Below, piece by piece: positions 58,201-64,000 of a stretch of DNA of 64,000 nt (within the stretch, counting starts at the first letter, position 1; every line of letters starts with the position of its first letter). The notes below the pieces were generated by a model, which saw only the letters and a list, made by a program, of their open reading frames with translations, made no database searches and was not told where the DNA came from. A program made the position numbers and the translations under genes. The DNA lies in NCBI RefSeq assembly GCF_001949145.1, contig NW_019091361.1, forward strand, positions 62,001 through 126,000, in the 5' to 3' direction. The stretch comes from Acanthaster planci. Lineage: Eukaryota.

Positions 58201-61181
58201 AAGAGAAACACATAGAAAAAGTGTTTGAAAGCATTTGGCTTGATTTGTGTAGAGTCTGATTCTGCCCAGTTTACCATAATCAACATTTGAAAGAGCCTCT
58301 GTAGGTTTGATTTTAGCCCTATTTGGAAGGTTGGTTTTCCTGGAATACTCAAGTCTGTGTGTGCACTGAAACTTTTTTCCTGCTTGATCCCCTCATTGGT
58401 AGTGACTGAAGATAGCCTAGTGTCCCAAAACCACATTATTTTCTCTTTCTGTATTTAAAATGAAGATACTAGGTTCCAGTAGTAAATTCCTCTAGTGATA
58501 CAAATTCTATGGTTTATGTTTCTTCAAGATGTATTTATATTTGAAAGATCTGTAACATTTTTGCTTTTTATTGACAACACTAACAATTTGTGTGTGGTTT
58601 GAAGTCAGTTTTTTATTTTGTCAGAGATGTAATTCCATTACCCAGTAATTCAATCCTTTTGAAACCAGTACAGTTATTTTTAGGAGGATCTGAGTCTGGC
58701 GACCATAAGCCTGTTGTACTAAAGCAGTAAAGCTCACTCATTTTAGAGAGACTGGCATATTATCACAACCCGACTGGTGAATTTCTTGTGTTTATTGTAA
58801 TTATAGTCTTTTAAAGTAAATAATATATGTATCTACATAGCTAGTTGTAAATGTGTAATTAATGTAAGTTACATTACTTGAAATGCTTTGCTACAGTTAT
58901 TTTCGCATTGGTAATTGGTACACTTCTGTTTGAAACAGCAAACATTGTGTGATGAACTCTCTGATATTTCCATCCTTACTGAACATGTTTGGACAACGAC
59001 GTAATGAATTCAACCCCAGACCAGAATTGTAAAGTAAACTAGTAGAAACAAACGTACAACACAAGTCTTGAGAAAGAGACATGTATTTGTTCGCTTCAGT
59101 GTAGTAGCCACGTCAAGAGACCAGAAAACCCACTTGGAACAGGTGAGTGTTGATGTGATCACATACATACTAGGTTTAGCATTGTGGTTATCCGTCCATT
59201 GTGGCGCGTCATTCTTATTTAGATGTTAACTTTGACAGTAGATTTAACCAGTGCCAATCATTATACATAATGATTTCTCTGTTTGGTTATTTTCAATTCA
59301 CATCCACATTCTTGTGACTTGATCAACTGCAAATTGACAGTGGTCCTTTACTACAGCACAGTGTCATTTGAAATTTAAGCCATTTATGACTAAAATATCA
59401 TTTGAGGAAAGATTTGGGTTAGCCTAAAGAATGTTCACAGATGTCAATAGAAAAATACTGGAATTTGGTTCACATCATATACATCAAAAGCTGTGACATG
59501 TTCTATCCAGTCGTCTGTGGATTTGCTCTTCAAATCGATAATCCTAAACAACATGCATATCATTGTAAGTCAACTTGTACAAATGTGGAGTCACATCCGG
59601 TAGAATAAAAAGAACTTGTCTGTTCGTGAAATTTGACATTTTCCTCATTTGGGTCATCCATTAAAACAACATTTGTCTTTTGACATGCTTTACATATTGT
59701 ACATGGAGCGGTGCCTTTATTTAGGATGGTCTATACTTAATGCTTAAAGTTTACATGGATACCTGTGAGGTAATATCAAGATGTCCAGTCTTGATCATTT
59801 CAAATCTTTGTTGGTGGTGCAATTTTTGTAGAAACAAGTACATGTATGTATGTGTTTGAGTATTGACTAGTAGGTAACTTCACTTCGATTGTACTGCTTG
59901 GCCTTGAGTTCGGCGTGTCATCAGCAATCGTGTTGAATGAGACATTTTCGCAATCATATCTACCAGAGGTTGGAATAGAGTTTTTATTTCATCACACCAA
60001 TTGAAATACTGACTCAGAGAGAACCCCCCGTAAGACAGACCACACCCAGGGTACATCTCTCTCAGGGGTTCCTCTCTAAAGCTTTAACCCTTTCTAACAC
60101 ATTGTTTAATGTTGGCATTACAACATGGTTACAATTGCTAGGATGAGCATTTTGAAAGGATAGCTGTAATGTATAAATACTGGAAACAAATTCATTTTAC
60201 ATGAAAGAGAGAGTGGGAACTGTTCAAGTATGTGCACCTTCAAGACATTTCAAAGTGGTAAACTGAGATATGTAATCACATATTTCGTGGTTTTTCCAGA
60301 AAATATAGAGGGGAAACAGCTTGCAATCATTTCCATTTGAAATTAAGAAAAGGTTTTGGTTTTGGAAAAGGGAAGACCCAGATTGGTTAGCATCAGGGAT
60401 TGTTTAGACATTGAAACAACATGCCCTTTCCCCTGCAACTGTCAGATTCAGTGCCGAGTATGGATAGTAAATACAAACATGTAGCAATAGCATCACATCC
60501 GTTGTGCTGATTTTTTTAACTAAACCTTGAGCAATACTTAACAATGTCATTCATTCGTACAATGTATGGCATTACTGTAGACATTTATTTCTGTGGATCA
60601 AAATACTTGTGTATTTTGAGTTATGGTGTTGGAACTCCCTAACTCGTGTACCCTACGTGTATCAAATGCAATATAATCCTGGTAGATGTCATAGCTGTAG
60701 AGAGGGGTAAAGTAGAAATCATTCAGTTGTAGGTTTTACAGTTCTAGTACAAATTTGCATGCTACATCTGTGGACTAACGTGCCTATAGTGGCCACCTTG
60801 TTATAGGGGGCACCTGTCCAGACCAAGGTTCCCTAGGTCCAATTAGTGAGAAGTCAAATGTTCAGTGTATCCTGTGACATACCATGGGTCCTTGCTGTAT
60901 GGATATACTAGGGTCAATTATAATTTGGTGCCCACTGTATGTGGGTTTGGCAGTTTTTATTCCATGTTTGTGAAACAAAGCAACGATACACCATTGGTTT
61001 GCTTCTCAAAATGTTGATGGTTTGATGTGAAGTCGAGGCTTTGCGATTGCAGCATTTAGGTTGAGTAGCTGTTTGATAACAAAGGGGTCATCAATTTGCT
61101 TTTCATTTTTACAACGGTATAACAGGAACTCTTGCCCCCGCCCCACTTACCAACTGAAGAGGACAAAAATTGTAATTTATG

Positions 61182-61266
61182 CTGGGTATTGTCATCATTT
61201 ACTCTGGGTATTGTCATCATTTACTCTGGGTATTGTCGTCATTTACTCTGGGTATTGTCGTCATTT
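61182..61266. repeat. Minisatellite, 22-bp unit x ~3.9
   Basis: Unit ctgggtattgtcRtcatttact at 61182, 61204, 61226 and 61248. Confidence 0.95.
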
Positions 61267-63751
61267 TTAATATTTTGAAATTTGGAAAGCATGGCTAACT
61301 CCCTACCACCCCCCTTTCACCTAACGCACAGTTTGTGCACTCGTGAGAATGATGGGAAGGAATGGATGGCTCATATTAGCGTGCTGTAAATTGCTTATCT
61401 GGTTAATTTTCATGTAAAAGAACTCACTGCAACGTGAGCTACATAAAGTAACTTAGACAATCGTGAAAACTGATGCCAATAAAATAGCTTGGAAATATAT
61501 TCTCATAGTAGTGAGAATAGCTGATTGCTTAAACAATGGTGTATCGAAAGGGCAGATTCACTGTACTAGAGGAATTGATGTTAAACATGAGAATTTCAAA
61601 AACTGGCCAAACATCAAGCACCCTTTCAGTACATGAGGTCTAACCCTGTGCTATCTGGTTTGGTGCCTAGCACCAGACTGAAATCTAAATGACTTTTGAG
61701 CAATAATTTCATATTGGCATGGACTTTTTTAAGGGGAACAAAATTGTTTCACTCGTGTTGCTATGGTTTTCCAGTCATTTTAGTTTTGACTCTGAGTTAC
61801 TGGACCATTGTCCACCAGTTATAGTCAGTTTAGTGTCTGTATTAATATTCATATTGAATTCCATTTTAGAGATAAAACTTGCTTTTGGCTCTTTGTGGTT
61901 AAAATTTTTCTTTCTGTTTAATTGAAACAAATTCTCTGCAGATGTTTAAATCCGCCGTAAGTCAATTTTTGGTTTCTAAACTTTTGTGGTTTCTTATATT
62001 TGATAAATCTAGAGCCAACATGGCAATAAGTAATGTACAAATCAACATCCTTGGATGTTTTGTCACATCATTAGCTTGACTTTTTTTTACCTCTCAAACT
62101 CGATTAGAATTTATTTTCCTGTCACTTGATTGATTGCGAAAATGTGGTATGGGAGTGAGTTAAGTATTAAATCTCAAACACATACATGTACATGTACTTG
62201 ATAGTCTGTGTGAAATATATGCTTGGCTTTGGTTGTGTTTAAGGGTTTTAACAGGAAATTCCCAAAGCAACACATTCCAAGGTGCCAAATGGGTAAAGTG
62301 ATAATTGTAGTGGACAGTGGTAGTGTCAGATAATGAAGTGTATCTCAGTCAGTTTATACCAAGTCACGATTTGCTACTTAAAACTGTGTCATGGTATATT
62401 TTAATGCCTTAGATTTGAAGTATGGAACGAATTTAGAAAAAACATGTAGAAATGTGTATAAGCTTGACAGAAATCTAGGATTGTGCAGATGGTCTAACAT
62501 CAGTCCCTATTCCCAGAAGGGTGATCACTATATATGGTAGAATTTGAAAATAATTAGTCAGGAAAATACTTCATCCGTATTATTTGATTATCAAAGAGTT
62601 TTTTCTTATCCAAGGTATTAATTTTGTGATATTAGTGTATTGAATGCCTTAATGGCACACAATTTCTAATACCTTGTACTTTATTGCAATTCACCCATTT
62701 CAAGGACTTTAGTCGTCGTTTTTGGTCCAAGTCCATTAACCCAAAAGAAAAACAAAATGAACCAAATTGACCATTTTGTAAGTAAATGTATTCCTGATTG
62801 TCTTACTGCATTAAGTTTCCAACCACTAAGATCTTTTGTATTTCCTTATTTAGTTATTTTAAAACTGACACATCAGCAACTTCAGCTTCCTAGTATAGCA
62901 AATGATGCTCTGTTGCTATGGGAGGCATTACTAGTGAAGTCAATGTGATTGACTCTCTATAAATTGTTGACGCTACTGGTGTTATCAAGCTAAGTCAAAG
63001 TCGACCCAAAATTTGTCAAGATGTAAATTCTATTGTAGTGGCCCTGCAACTTTAAAAGTACGTAGCAACAGAAGTTAACGTTGGAGTAATAGTGCTGTTA
63101 CTCCAGAATATGCCGATGCTTTTAGTAATGGATCAGAAGATATTACCGGTGTCATGGCTGTAGATGTTGAGAAACAGTTTGACCAAAGATTGTGGTTGGG
63201 AGTTGTCTTATCAATGGGCAGTATGACATTGTTATAATTATTAATTGTTGAATTAAAATGAACTTGTGACAAGAGCATGGCACAGTTTGCTTGTCTTTTG
63301 AGCATTAAGGCATAGGTGTTCAGGTGACCCCCCCCCAACAAAAAGATGAGATGACTTGGCAGAGTACAGTTGTGTGTGTGTATTAAAGTGCAGTCACACC
63401 AAAGCCATTTTGCTGTGACAGGGCAAACCAAACATCCAAATTTACATCTTACCATGATTGAAGACATCTACCAACCAGGTGGCGTGTTCTTGTACTTGAG
63501 TAAGTTTGTGATTTTCCCCCACAGAATATTGGGAAGCTCTGAGAATACAATATTTAAATTATTTACGTTTGCAAATGGTAAACCAGATATCAATAATGGA
63601 ATAATGAAAGCGTGCCTTGGTGAATTAATGCAGGTTTGCTCATTTATCCCTGTACCCTAACCAGCGGCATATCCAGCTTTTGGGGGGGGGAGGGGGAGAT
63701 TCTAAAGCGAATTCAGCTTCAGGCTATTTAACATGATGTTTGGAGGAGAAA

Positions 63752-63843
63752 CAATATCAAAAGCCTTATGGACCCGACATCCTTGCTTTTATGTTTTGGT
63801 ACATAAAAGCAAGGTTGTCGGGTCCATAAGGCTTTTGATATTG
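63752..63843. repeat. Near-perfect 43-bp inverted repeat with 6-nt loop
   Basis: 63752-63794 matches the reverse complement of 63801-63843 at 42/43; the loop is tttggt. Confidence 0.95.
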
Positions 63844-64000
63844 ATATTTTGATATTGTTTGTTAGGGTTTTAGTGCTACTATTGATAAACAAAACTGCTG
63901 ATAAACAAAATATTAATATTTGATTCTGAAAAATCTGTTAAGAAGTTTAACACCACCCATTTCTCTGTTGAAAGAGGCAGCGATACAAATGAAATAAGGC

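Noticed and set aside
61182..61266. Regular 22-bp repeats that could suggest a CRISPR array
   Set aside because: They are head-to-tail with no spacers in a eukaryotic context, so an ordinary minisatellite.
55262..64000. Possible additional gene downstream of KLC
   Set aside because: No ORF with recognisable homology or consistent exon chain; it looks like long 3'UTR or intergenic sequence, and the KLC 3' end cannot be fixed from sequence alone.

Overview
This is eukaryotic animal genomic DNA, AT-rich and intron-rich. It is most likely an echinoderm such as a sea star, inferred from how closely the kinesin light chain matches my recollection of sea-urchin KLC. The window has two parts, both on the + strand. 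(1) At 1-9 kb, a tandem trio of dynein light chain LC8/DYNLL genes with intronless CDSs. Each appears to be preceded by a very short non-coding first exon, a 5'UTR intron and an RFX X-box-like motif. (2) From ~13 kb to at least 57 kb, one kinesin light chain (KLC) gene with 14 phase-consistent coding exons (22264-55261, 634 aa in the shortest full-length reading). Its 3' half shows many candidate alternative splice events: dual donors, NAGNAG acceptors, in-frame cassettes, a possible mutually exclusive exon and several alternative last exons. The introns hold many MITEs, LINE tails, dense (TACATG)n low-complexity sequence and a 182-N gap. They also hold a ~1 kb long-TIR non-autonomous DNA transposon carrying the N-terminus of a RecQ-type helicase (AcademH-like). 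I see no rRNA, tRNA or CRISPR, and I cannot support a wholly new biological system here. The most interesting items are the helicase-bearing transposon, the unverified KLC tail exons and the repeated promoter architecture of the LC8 trio. All splice calls are read from sequence alone, with no transcript evidence.
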